From Mariprofundaceae bacterium (GTDB lineage: Bacteria; Pseudomonadota; Zetaproteobacteria; Mariprofundales; Mariprofundaceae), in assembly GCA_030950585.1 (NCBI GenBank), contig JAUZRG010000051.1:607-64606 (forward strand): a stretch of 64,000 nt of DNA. Reading direction: 5' to 3'. The position numbers were made by a program, and so were the translations under genes. Each line of letters starts with the position of its first letter. Positions within the stretch are counted from its first letter, which is position 1. Of the stretch, positions 31,015-39,477 are shown piece after piece. Below the pieces are notes generated by a model, which searched no databases, was not told where the DNA came from, and saw nothing but the letters and a program-made list of their open reading frames with translations.

Positions 31015-32486
31015 TGTTTTCAGGTACGACAGGTATTCAGCATGAAGAAGCCCTCATTTTTGAACGCGAACACCACAACGCAAGTAGTATTCAATTACCT
31101 GGTGTGGAAGCTGAGTTAAGCAGTGAATTACTCGCTTTTCAACGTCAAAAATCAGCTCACATTCCCAATTTATCCGAACCAGAAACGGTGCGTCACTTTG
31201 TGCGTATGAGTCAATGGAATCATGGTATTGAAACAGGTTTTTACCCGCTTGGTTCTTGCACCATGAAACACAACCCTCGGATCAATGAACAAATCGCGCG
31301 CCTTGATGGCTTTGCCCATATTCATCCCGAACAAGCCGATGAAAGTGTGCAAGGCACATTGCAAATCATGCACCAGCTAAGCCAAGATTTAGGTGAGATT
31401 AGTGGTTTCGCCCATGTCAGCTTACAGCCCGCAGCAGGTGCGCATGGTGAATTGACTGGCTTAATGATGATTCGTGCTTGCATGGATGAACGCAAGCAAA
31501 CACAAAGGCGTGTGGTACTTGTCCCTGACTCAGCGCATGGCACAAACCCTGCTTCTGCGGCTCTATGTGGTATGCGTACCATTGAAATTCCTTCAGCATC
31601 CAATGGTCGTATTGACCTTGAAATTCTTGCTACTTATCTCAATGATGAAGTTGCGGCCTTTATGATCACCAACCCAAATACCACGGGTATGTTTGAAAGC
31701 GATATTCAACGTATTTGTGATATGGTGCATGAGGCAGGTGCTTTGGTTTATGGTGACGGTGCTAACCTCAATGCATTGGTGGGCATGGCTCGCCCTGGTG
31801 ATATGGGCATTGACTGCTTACACATCAATGTTCACAAAACCTTTGCCACGCCACATGGTGGTGGTGGCCCTGGCGCTGGACCGATTGCCGTGAACGATAC
31901 CCTTGCAGCCTTTCTTCCCGTTCCGCGCATCATCAAAACAGAAGATGAGCATTATCATTTGCAATATGAAGCTACGCAAAGCATTGGTTCGATGCTGGGA
32001 AGTATGGGACAAGTCGGTGTTTTATTGCGTGCCAGTGCTTATATTGCTGCCTTTGGTCGAGATAAGTTGCATATGATTGCTCAAGATGCCGTCTTAAATG
32101 CCAATTATGTTTTATCACGCCTAAAAGATCATTATGACGTGCCTTTTGCAGGCTTATGTAAACACGAATGCCTGCTCACCGATGCCAAGCAACAAGAATA
32201 TGGCATCAAAACATTAGATATTGCCAAGTATCTGATTGATTTAGGTATGCATCCGATGACCGTGTATTTTCCATTGATTGTACAAGGTGCGATGCTCATC
32301 GAGCCCACAGAAACAGAATCTAAACAAACCTTAGATGACTTCTGTGATGCTATGATTGACATTGCACGCATGGCAAAAGAAGAGCCAGAACCACTTCATC
32401 AAGCACCTCAGAAGCCCATCAGAACACGCTTAGATGAAGTTCAAGCTGCACGTAAACCTGTGTTAGTTTGGCCTGAAGAAGCCTAA
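31014..32486 (+). CDS. gcvPB: Glycine dehydrogenase (decarboxylating) subunit 2
   Basis: 490 aa with the PLP-lysine region NVHKTFATPHGGGGPGAGP. It overlaps gcvPA by 1 nt. Confidence 0.92.
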   Translation: MFSGTTGIQHEEALIFEREHHNASSIQLPGVEAELSSELLAFQRQKSAHIPNLSEPETVRHFVRMSQWNHGIETGFYPLGSCTMKHNPRINEQIARLDGFAHIHPEQADESVQGTLQIMHQLSQDLGEISGFAHVSLQPAAGAHGELTGLMMIRACMDERKQTQRRVVLVPDSAHGTNPASAALCGMRTIEIPSASNGRIDLEILATYLNDEVAAFMITNPNTTGMFESDIQRICDMVHEAGALVYGDGANLNALVGMARPGDMGIDCLHINVHKTFATPHGGGGPGAGPIAVNDTLAAFLPVPRIIKTEDEHYHLQYEATQSIGSMLGSMGQVGVLLRASAYIAAFGRDKLHMIAQDAVLNANYVLSRLKDHYDVPFAGLCKHECLLTDAKQQEYGIKTLDIAKYLIDLGMHPMTVYFPLIVQGAMLIEPTETESKQTLDDFCDAMIDIARMAKEEPEPLHQAPQKPIRTRLDEVQAARKPVLVWPEEA

Positions 32487-32524
32487 AAAACAAAGGAGCT
32501 TGCATGCAAGCTCCTTTATTTTTA
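32486..32524. terminator. Bidirectional intrinsic terminator between gcvPB and lgt
   Basis: The perfect palindrome AAAGGAGCTTGCA/TGCAAGCTCCTTT is flanked by an A-run and a T-run. It sits between convergent genes. Confidence 0.8.
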
Positions 32525-32529
32525 ATCAT

Positions 32530-33321
32530 TTAAGCAGCTTGTGCTCGCTGCTTCATCCACCATAACCACATAAAGCCACCCACAAACATCGCAGCCGACA
32601 GTTGCATACCCATCGTCACGAATGAGAACAAGAAACCCAACTGTTCATCTGGCTCACGAAAGAACTCACAAAAAATACGTGCGACCGCATAACCGATTAA
32701 AAAGACACCAAAGCGACTGCCTTCAGGCCATTTAAAGTGGCGTGTAAACCAAAGCAGGACAAACAAAGCAATGCCTTCTAAGGCAAGTTCATACAACTGA
32801 CTTGGATGACGTGGCAGCTGATCGACATGCTCAAACACCATCGCCCATGGCACATCTGTGGCACGTCCCCACAATTCACCATTGATAAAATTACCCAAGC
32901 GACCCAAGGCCAAACCCAAGGGCGCAACAATAAAAATCACATCCAATAATTTAAAAAAGGGTAAGCCATGCCTTTTACAATAATACCAACCTGCAATCAC
33001 AGGCCCAATCATACCGCCATGAAAAGACATACCGCCTTGCCAAATATACAAGACTTCAAGGGGGTGGGCTAAATAGTACTCTGTTTGATAAAACAGCACA
33101 TAGGCCAAACGACCCCCGACGATCACACCTAAAATCAATGTGGTAAATAAGCCTTCAAAATGCTCTGAACTCACATCTTTCTGCCATAGGCCTTGCTCAA
33201 TCAACTGTCTTTTACTTAGCCAGTTGACCAATAAAAAGCCAAAGACATACATTAAACCATACCAATGTATACTTAGTGGACCTAACTGTAGTGCAACGGG
33301 ATCAATAGTTGGATATATCAT
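32530..33321 (-). CDS. lgt: Prolipoprotein diacylglyceryl transferase
   Basis: 263 aa. IDPVALQLGPLSIHWYGLMY is the Lgt N-terminus, and the HPSQLYE motif is present. Confidence 0.93.
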   Translation of the reverse strand: MIYPTIDPVALQLGPLSIHWYGLMYVFGFLLVNWLSKRQLIEQGLWQKDVSSEHFEGLFTTLILGVIVGGRLAYVLFYQTEYYLAHPLEVLYIWQGGMSFHGGMIGPVIAGWYYCKRHGLPFFKLLDVIFIVAPLGLALGRLGNFINGELWGRATDVPWAMVFEHVDQLPRHPSQLYELALEGIALFVLLWFTRHFKWPEGSRFGVFLIGYAVARIFCEFFREPDEQLGFLFSFVTMGMQLSAAMFVGGFMWLWWMKQRAQAA

Positions 33322-33439
33322 ATGGCGACATACTCATACCTTGCTAAAAGGCAGTCAAACATTTTTAATAAGCCTCATTTTCTCACACTATGGGGTATAT
33401 AATTTAATGCATCTTTTCTTTTCAGCATTTTTTTGGTTC

Positions 33440-35203
33440 ATGGATAAAACACAAAAAATCATTGGTTTTTTTATTCTTTTTGCTTTTTTATCTTATCTTG
33501 CCGTTCTACTTTTCATGGTCGTTGGTCACCGTGTACAAGTTGAGCCAGGCTCACTGCTTCGCTTAGAATTTGATGGCAATTTAGTGGAGCAACAGCAAAT
33601 ACCCAGCCTAACAGAACTGATTCAACATGATCCTCGTAAAAGCAGCACCTCACTCAAAGATATCATACAAAGCATTGAACTTGCGAGTAAAGACCCCAAT
33701 ATCAAAGCGATTTACCTTAACACCTCAAACATGAGCTACGCCTCTCTATCGAAGCTCCAAGAGATCAAAAGAGCCTTACAAGGCTTTAAAGATGAAGGTA
33801 AGAAGATCTTTGCAGCTGCAAACTATTATTCACAATCATCCTACTACCTTGCCACTTCAGCTGATGAAATCTTTCTACATCCAATGGGTTCAATATCCTT
33901 GCATGGTTTTTCTGTTTATCAGAACTACTTCAAAGAAGCTTTAGAGAAAATCAACGTTGATGTCGAGATCTTTCGTGCAGGAAACTTTAAATCCTATGCC
34001 GAGCCATTTTCCAGAACAAAAATGTCGGATGAGGCCAAGGAAGCCAACACTCAGTGGTTAAAAGTTCTATGGAAAAGTTACAAAGAAGGCATTGCCACAT
34101 CACGAAATATTGATGAAAGTGACCTCCAAAACATTTTAGACCATCCTGCACAGTACCTTAAATTGCACGGTGGTGACTTTGCCAAACAAGCGATCAGCAT
34201 TAATTTAGTCGATAGCTTGGCAGACCAGTCCGAAGTAGAAGATGCCATTGCTCATTATATCGGCGATCAATACCCCTCCATCACCCATCATGATTACTTG
34301 CTTAGCTTTGCAAAACCAGAGTATCAACAACCACAAGCCATTGCTGTCATCATTGCCAGTGGCAGCATCCAAAGAGAATCCAGTAATGGGCAACATATTG
34401 TTGCCAAAAAGCTCATTAAACAGTTAAAAGAAGCTGGTGATAACGAAGCGGTGCAGGCCATTGTGTTGCGTCTTGATACACCGGGAGGCAGTGCCTTAGC
34501 TTCCGAATTGATTCGTAAAGAAGTCGAAAGAATCAACAAACATACACCTATTTATATTTCAATGAGTAGCCTTGCTGCTTCAGGAGGGTACTGGATTTCG
34601 GCAGCTGCAACTCAAGTATGGGCGAGTCCAACCACCTTAACGGGTTCTATTGGTGTGATTGGTATGATGCCTAATTTTCACAATAGTTTGAAAAAGATCG
34701 GTATCAATACCGATGGTATTGGCACCACACGCATTGCAGGGGCAGGCCGACCAGATATGCCAATCAATGCAGAAATGAGCCGTGTTTTTCAAATGTCTGT
34801 TAACCATACCTATCAAAAATTTATAAATATCGTTGCAACGGGCAGACAATTAAACCCTGAATATGTATCAAAAGTTGCTCAAGGTCGTGTTTGGAGTGGC
34901 TTGGATGCGAAGAAACTTGGTCTTGTGGATGAACTAGGTGACTTTCATGATGTTGTTTTAGCTATTGCCGAGCAATATATCGGCAAAGATAGTGACTATG
35001 ACCTCATCTACATTGAAGAAAAACTTGATTTTCAACAACAACTTGCACAACAAGTCCTCGGAAATGCCGATAGTATCATTCAAGTAGAGCAACCTTTTTC
35101 ATGGGTTGAACAAGCCTTACAACAATATATTTCTTCTGACTTACTCAACTTACTTCAAGATCCACAAGGCATCTACAGTTACTGCGAAATCACCGCACCT
35201 TAA
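33440..35203 (+). CDS. sppA: Signal peptide peptidase SppA, 67K type (two S49 domains)
   Basis: The start is set at the ATG at 33440 (MDKTQKIIGFFILFAF..., TM anchor); 33407 is an alternative. Tandem S49 domains are present, and the second carries SSLAASGGYW (catalytic Ser). The ORF-track 5' extension overlaps lgt. Confidence 0.88.
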   Translation: MDKTQKIIGFFILFAFLSYLAVLLFMVVGHRVQVEPGSLLRLEFDGNLVEQQQIPSLTELIQHDPRKSSTSLKDIIQSIELASKDPNIKAIYLNTSNMSYASLSKLQEIKRALQGFKDEGKKIFAAANYYSQSSYYLATSADEIFLHPMGSISLHGFSVYQNYFKEALEKINVDVEIFRAGNFKSYAEPFSRTKMSDEAKEANTQWLKVLWKSYKEGIATSRNIDESDLQNILDHPAQYLKLHGGDFAKQAISINLVDSLADQSEVEDAIAHYIGDQYPSITHHDYLLSFAKPEYQQPQAIAVIIASGSIQRESSNGQHIVAKKLIKQLKEAGDNEAVQAIVLRLDTPGGSALASELIRKEVERINKHTPIYISMSSLAASGGYWISAAATQVWASPTTLTGSIGVIGMMPNFHNSLKKIGINTDGIGTTRIAGAGRPDMPINAEMSRVFQMSVNHTYQKFINIVATGRQLNPEYVSKVAQGRVWSGLDAKKLGLVDELGDFHDVVLAIAEQYIGKDSDYDLIYIEEKLDFQQQLAQQVLGNADSIIQVEQPFSWVEQALQQYISSDLLNLLQDPQGIYSYCEITAP

Positions 35204-35238
35204 GTTCATCAAGGGGTGAGATGAAACACAATATCACC

Positions 35239-35961
35239 CTACTTTAATCGCTGTAACATCTCTTTAACCCCTACTTCAGCCTGATCTAATTGTGTTTCAT
35301 TTTGAGAGCTCAAACAGATTCTGCCATTCGCGCCTTGCCCACATAAAATAGGATAAGACCCCATCTCAACTTCAGAAAATTGGGTAGCCAGTTTCTCTAA
35401 GGCTTCTGCAAACTGGCTCTCTGCAAACGTCACTTCAATTTCTCGTCGCATAAAAGGCTGACCACCAAATAAGTGGCTGATACTTTCAAATTGAGAATCA
35501 AAAATCTGTGGAACACCCGCTAATACATAAACATTTTCAATGCAGGCACCCGGTGCAATGGTTTTGTCACAGAGCAAAGGTTTTGCGCCGCGAGGCAACC
35601 GACACATGCGACGGCGACCATCATTTAACACTTCGGAACGTTCATTATAATAAGATTGCATATACGCAAGGCTAGACTCATGCTCATCAAGAGACACAGC
35701 AAAAGCATCTGCCACTGCCTGCATGGTGATGTCATCATGGGTAGGTCCAATCCCACCACTACAAATCACGGCATCATATTGCATCCGAAAGCGATTTAAT
35801 GTTTCGATAATTTGTAAGCGATCATCCGCAATAACCGCTATTTCAGATAAGCGGCAACCACATTTAAAAAGCTGCTGAGCACACTGCCAAGCATTTAATT
35901 CATGGGTTCTACCTGAAAGAATTTCATTCCCAATCACAAGAATAGCGCAATTTTGATACAT
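35239..35961 (-). CDS. CinA-N-terminal-like / MoaB-MogA-type molybdopterin-binding domain protein
   Basis: 240 aa with ILVIGNEILSGRT and SGGIGPTHDDIT motifs from the MoCF-binding fold. Confidence 0.75.
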   Translation of the reverse strand: MYQNCAILVIGNEILSGRTHELNAWQCAQQLFKCGCRLSEIAVIADDRLQIIETLNRFRMQYDAVICSGGIGPTHDDITMQAVADAFAVSLDEHESSLAYMQSYYNERSEVLNDGRRRMCRLPRGAKPLLCDKTIAPGACIENVYVLAGVPQIFDSQFESISHLFGGQPFMRREIEVTFAESQFAEALEKLATQFSEVEMGSYPILCGQGANGRICLSSQNETQLDQAEVGVKEMLQRLK

Positions 35962-36355
35962 GCAACCCCCTTTGATAAAAGATCAACCATGCTATGGTTC
36001 GCCGCATGAATAAAGCATCAACCTTCTTTTTAACAAAAATAAAAAGCAAATAGATGTATTATAAGGAGCTTTAGTAACACAATTTTTCATTTTCATTGCC
36101 ACAAATTTAGCCATTCATCTCATTATATATTTTAAAGTAAATGGCCAAACGTGCTGTTGGTGCACAAATCATTGAAAAATGCATCGAGCTCAAGAAGAGC
36201 AATGAGAACTAAAGCTTCAGTCAATTAATGATGATCCACCCTTTCTTGAAGATAGAATCAAAAAATGACAATCATCCAATTAAGTAAAAAACGACATCTT
36301 ATCGTTGATAAATAAACAAATTTATACAACTATAAGCATTCAAATAAAAAAAAGC

Positions 36356-36385
36356 TTGTCAAGCCAGGTTTATTTCAGTAGAAAT
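36356..36385 (+). promoter_or_regulatory. Candidate sigma70 promoter for rpmE-rplU-rpmA
   Basis: TTGTCA (36356..36361), a 17-nt spacer, then TAGAAA(T), with an A-rich UP-like stretch just upstream. This is only a pattern match. Confidence 0.3.
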
Positions 36386-36418
36386 CGCCGCCTTTTCGAG
36401 TAATGGGAGTTATGAGCC

Positions 36419-36640
36419 GTGAAAACTGGCATTCATCCAGAATACAAAGTGTCCACTGTAGCATGCAGTTGTGGCCATACATTTCAAACACAATCTACCG
36501 CAGGTGACATCCGCGTGGAAATCTGCTCGGCCTGTCATCCATTTTATACAGGCAAGCAGAAAATCATCGATACTGAGGGACGTGTAGAACGTTTCTATAA
36601 AAAGTATGGACAAGCACCCGCCACAAAGTCTGAGGGCTAA
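36419..36640 (+). CDS. rpmE: 50S ribosomal protein L31 (Zn-ribbon type)
   Basis: 73 aa ([10 protein letters not shown]...) with CSCGH and [10 protein letters not shown] motifs. It has a GTG start and GGGAG 9 nt upstream. Confidence 0.92.
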   Translation: MKTGIHPEYKVSTVACSCGHTFQTQSTAGDIRVEICSACHPFYTGKQKIIDTEGRVERFYKKYGQAPATKSEG

Positions 36641-36643
36641 GAT

Positions 36644-36952
36644 ATGTACGCAGTAATTAAAACTGGCGGCAAACAGTACCGCGTCAGCGAAGGTGATATC
36701 TTTCGTGTCGAGAAACTGGATGCTAGCACAGGTGATACAATCACCTTTGATCAAATTTTGATGGTTGGCGAAGGTGCCGACATCAAACTAGGCGATGATA
36801 CAGGTTCCGCTACTGTATCTGCTATTGTGACTGACCAAGGTCGTGACAAAAAGGTTGTCGTTTTCAAAAAACGTCGTCGCAAACACTATCAGCGCACTCA
36901 AGGACATCGTCAGTCTTATACTGCTGTCCGCATCACGTCGATTCAAGCTTAA
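36644..36952 (+). CDS. rplU: 50S ribosomal protein L21
   Basis: 102 aa, [18 protein letters not shown]... Confidence 0.95.
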   Translation: MYAVIKTGGKQYRVSEGDIFRVEKLDASTGDTITFDQILMVGEGADIKLGDDTGSATVSAIVTDQGRDKKVVVFKKRRRKHYQRTQGHRQSYTAVRITSIQA

Positions 36953-36963
36953 GGAGTTAGGTC

Positions 36964-37209
36964 ATGGCACATAAAAAAGCAGGTGGCTCATCCAGGAACG
37001 GACGCGATTCCAACTCCAAACGTCTGGGTGTTAAAAAATATGGCGGTGAAACTGTGATTGCTGGCAACATTATTGTTCGCCAACGCGGCACAAAGATTCG
37101 CCCTGGTAAAAATATCGGCTGTGGTAAAGATTACACTTTATTTGCATTAACCGATGGCAATGTTGAGTTCTTTAAACATGCAGGACGTACAACCGTTCGC
37201 GTCGTTTAA
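36964..37209 (+). CDS. rpmA: 50S ribosomal protein L27
   Basis: 81 aa, [24 protein letters not shown]... Confidence 0.95.
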   Translation: MAHKKAGGSSRNGRDSNSKRLGVKKYGGETVIAGNIIVRQRGTKIRPGKNIGCGKDYTLFALTDGNVEFFKHAGRTTVRVV

Positions 37210-37232
37210 TTTAACTTTTTCTTTACCTTTTA

Positions 37233-37266
37233 AAGGGATGTCTAAGCTTAGACATCCCTTTTTCTT
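37233..37266 (+). terminator. Intrinsic terminator after rpmA
   Basis: AAGGGATGTCTA-AGCT-TAGACATCCCTT hairpin followed by a T-run. Confidence 0.8.
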
Positions 37267-37411
37267 TTAGGCTTAAAAAGATAAGCCCGACTGTTTTAGT
37301 TGGTTTTATATTGCCGAGCACGTCCATCTATGAAAAGATGCGTGACCTCAATGAAGAATCGCATGAAATAAAGTCATATAAAGCCTTTATTTTCAAAGAA
37401 AGGAGATACGA

Positions 37412-37585
37412 ATGAATATTGATCAACATTTAAAAGTAGCACAATGGCATATTGAACAAGCACGTATGCATGCAGAAAGCGGTGACCACAAATGTGGATG
37501 CCCAATTAATCCACACGACAAAAAAGCGATTGATGCTGTCGAAGCTGGCAACATTCAACCTGAAGACACTTGCTCAGTTGGCTAA
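37412..37585 (+). CDS. Small (57 aa) Cys/His-containing protein, unknown function
   Basis: This ORF is below the 60-aa cutoff of the ORF track. My own translation is MNIDQHLKVAQWHIEQARMHAESGDHKCGCPINPHDKKAIDAVEAGNIQPEDTCSVG*. AAAGGAGA lies 5-6 nt upstream of the ATG, and a perfect terminator hairpin starts 34 nt after the stop. Confidence 0.5.
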   Translation: MNIDQHLKVAQWHIEQARMHAESGDHKCGCPINPHDKKAIDAVEAGNIQPEDTCSVG

Positions 37586-37618
37586 TTAAACTAAACTAAG
37601 TGTAACAACGCTTATTGA

Positions 37619-37648
37619 AACCATATGACATGTCATATGGTTTTTTTT
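37619..37648 (+). terminator. Intrinsic terminator after the 57-aa ORF
   Basis: AACCATATGACA/TGTCATATGGTT palindrome followed by a T8 run. Confidence 0.8.
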
Positions 37649-37664
37649 ATGAAAGGAGTTTATC

Positions 37665-38228
37665 ATGTTTATTTTCAAAAATCATAAGGTATCAATCATA
37701 ACAGGTTTTGTTTTAAGTTTTATCCTCATTGCCATCGCTGCTGTTAGTGGCGGTAATCTTCCAGATCACTTTGATATGGCGCGCTGGATGCATTTCATGG
37801 CAGGCATTGTTTGGATTGGCCTTCTTTATTATTTTAATTTTGTTCAAGTTCCATCCTTTCCTCATGTCAGTGCTGAGACTAAAAAAGACTTGTTTCAAGA
37901 AAATGGTCTTGTGTTACGCGCACTGTGGTGGTTTCGTTGGGGTGCGATGTTCACCTTGATTTCAGGCCTTGCTTTAATGGGAGCGATGGGAGCTTCTGCT
38001 GGTATGGATATTCGTATCGGCGCTCTGTTTGGCATCATTATGTGGGCAAATGTTTGGTTTGTGATCTGGCCTGCACAAAGAAAGATTGTGGGTGTCGTCG
38101 AAGCAAGTGCAGATGAAAAAGCAAGTGCTGCCAAACGCGCACTGATTGCTTCGCGTCTGAATGTGATCTTATCTATTCCATTATTGCTTTTTATGGCATC
38201 TTCAGCACATTTTCCTATTTTCAATTAA
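37665..38228 (+). CDS. Integral membrane protein resembling the membrane domain of urate hydroxylase PuuD-type proteins
   Basis: 187 aa with about 4 TM helices. The RWMHFMAGIVWIGLLYYFNFVQ motif resembles the PuuD/CopD-like His-containing helix. There is no cytochrome c CXXCH motif. The family call is tentative. Confidence 0.5.
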   Translation: MFIFKNHKVSIITGFVLSFILIAIAAVSGGNLPDHFDMARWMHFMAGIVWIGLLYYFNFVQVPSFPHVSAETKKDLFQENGLVLRALWWFRWGAMFTLISGLALMGAMGASAGMDIRIGALFGIIMWANVWFVIWPAQRKIVGVVEASADEKASAAKRALIASRLNVILSIPLLLFMASSAHFPIFN

Positions 38229-38326
38229 ACTCAAATACCCAGAGACGTTGCATGCAGCGTCTCTACTAGCAAGATAAAAAGCATCATGTACACTACGCCT
38301 CTTTGTTTTTAATCTAGGGAGACTTC

Positions 38327-39406
38327 ATGTATCGCAATATTTTATTCTTTTGCTTGTCATTTTTATTATCTTTCCACGCGCTAGCAGCACGCGCACCAGC
38401 AGCTGACGCGCTTTATCCCATCACTGCTGTGATTGCCGATCCAAATGCTATCGAGGTTTACCCATCCATCGCGGGTGAACACCTTGTGTATAGCTTACGC
38501 GATCTCAATGAATACAGTGTCGTGCAAGTCAACAAAAACACGCTTAAACAAACAAAAACTATTGCTGCGATGCAACCCCATGAAGCCATTCGTTTTGGTC
38601 GCGCCTTAAGCAATGGCCAAATTTTATATACCAGTAACCGCATGGGTCCCGTTTCTATTTGGTTACGCAATACAGTCGGTGAATCTCATACCCTTATTGG
38701 CAACAGCAACACCTTTAATGGTGGTTTAATCCCACTAAATCCATCCATATCTAATGATGGTCATGTTTCAGCCTTTGACACCACCTTACAAAAAACACGA
38801 CGTGCCATTATTCTCAATGATTATGATGATGGTTTTCTTAATATTGAACTTCTCGGTCAAACGTGGCGCCACTATCATTCTGACATGTTTCGCTACAAAC
38901 AAGGCTATAAACCCACTGAAGTTGGCACCAAAAACAAATTCAGAGCACCACATATTTTCATCGTAGACCGTCAAAAGTCGACCACAACCATGTTGCCAAA
39001 CGCACAGAACCCAATGATTTCACCTAATGGTGAGCAAATGATTTTTACCCGTGATACAGGTGGAAATTACGACTTATGGATTCAAAACATTGATGGCAGT
39101 CAACAACAACGCTTAACAGACTCCCCTTTTGGTGAATTTGAAGCAGCGTGGAGCCCTGATGGTCGCAAAATTGCTTTTGTCTCGAATAAAGATGCTGCTG
39201 GTGATGTTCGACTAACGTCTATTTATGTGATGGATTTACAAAGTAAGCAGATGATTCAGCTTACCAATTCGCCACGAGCAACCGATGGCGGCCCTACATG
39301 GAAAGACAATCAAACCATTCTTTTTCACTCCAATCGTGATTTAGAACATTGGCAAAGTGACACGATGAAGGATTGGAACATCTGGTCTGTTCAGGTTCCT
39401 CAATAA
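38327..39406 (+). CDS. Periplasmic TolB-like beta-propeller (PD40 repeat) protein
   Basis: 359 aa with a signal peptide (FLLSFHALA|ARA) and repeated PD40 motifs (SPNGEQMIFTRD..., WSPDGRKIAFVSNKD..., GGPTWKDNQTILFHSNRD). Confidence 0.75.
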   Translation: MYRNILFFCLSFLLSFHALAARAPAADALYPITAVIADPNAIEVYPSIAGEHLVYSLRDLNEYSVVQVNKNTLKQTKTIAAMQPHEAIRFGRALSNGQILYTSNRMGPVSIWLRNTVGESHTLIGNSNTFNGGLIPLNPSISNDGHVSAFDTTLQKTRRAIILNDYDDGFLNIELLGQTWRHYHSDMFRYKQGYKPTEVGTKNKFRAPHIFIVDRQKSTTTMLPNAQNPMISPNGEQMIFTRDTGGNYDLWIQNIDGSQQQRLTDSPFGEFEAAWSPDGRKIAFVSNKDAAGDVRLTSIYVMDLQSKQMIQLTNSPRATDGGPTWKDNQTILFHSNRDLEHWQSDTMKDWNIWSVQVPQ

Positions 39407-39477
39407 TACATTGATTTTCAATCTCAAACTAGCAACACAAACTGTTTACATATTTTAACTCCGAAGGTTTTTTACTT

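Noticed and set aside
33140-33439. A 5' extension of the sppA ORF (a 687-aa version) overlapping lgt on the opposite strand
   Set aside because: The extension has no similarity to SppA and overlaps the conserved lgt coding region. A Met followed by the expected TM anchor occurs at 33440 (or 33407).
36141-36212. A 23-codon ORF (MAKRAVGAQIIEKCIELKKSNEN) in the long rpmE-upstream intergenic region
   Set aside because: It has no Shine-Dalgarno and no terminator, and short ORFs like this are expected by chance in AT-rich DNA.
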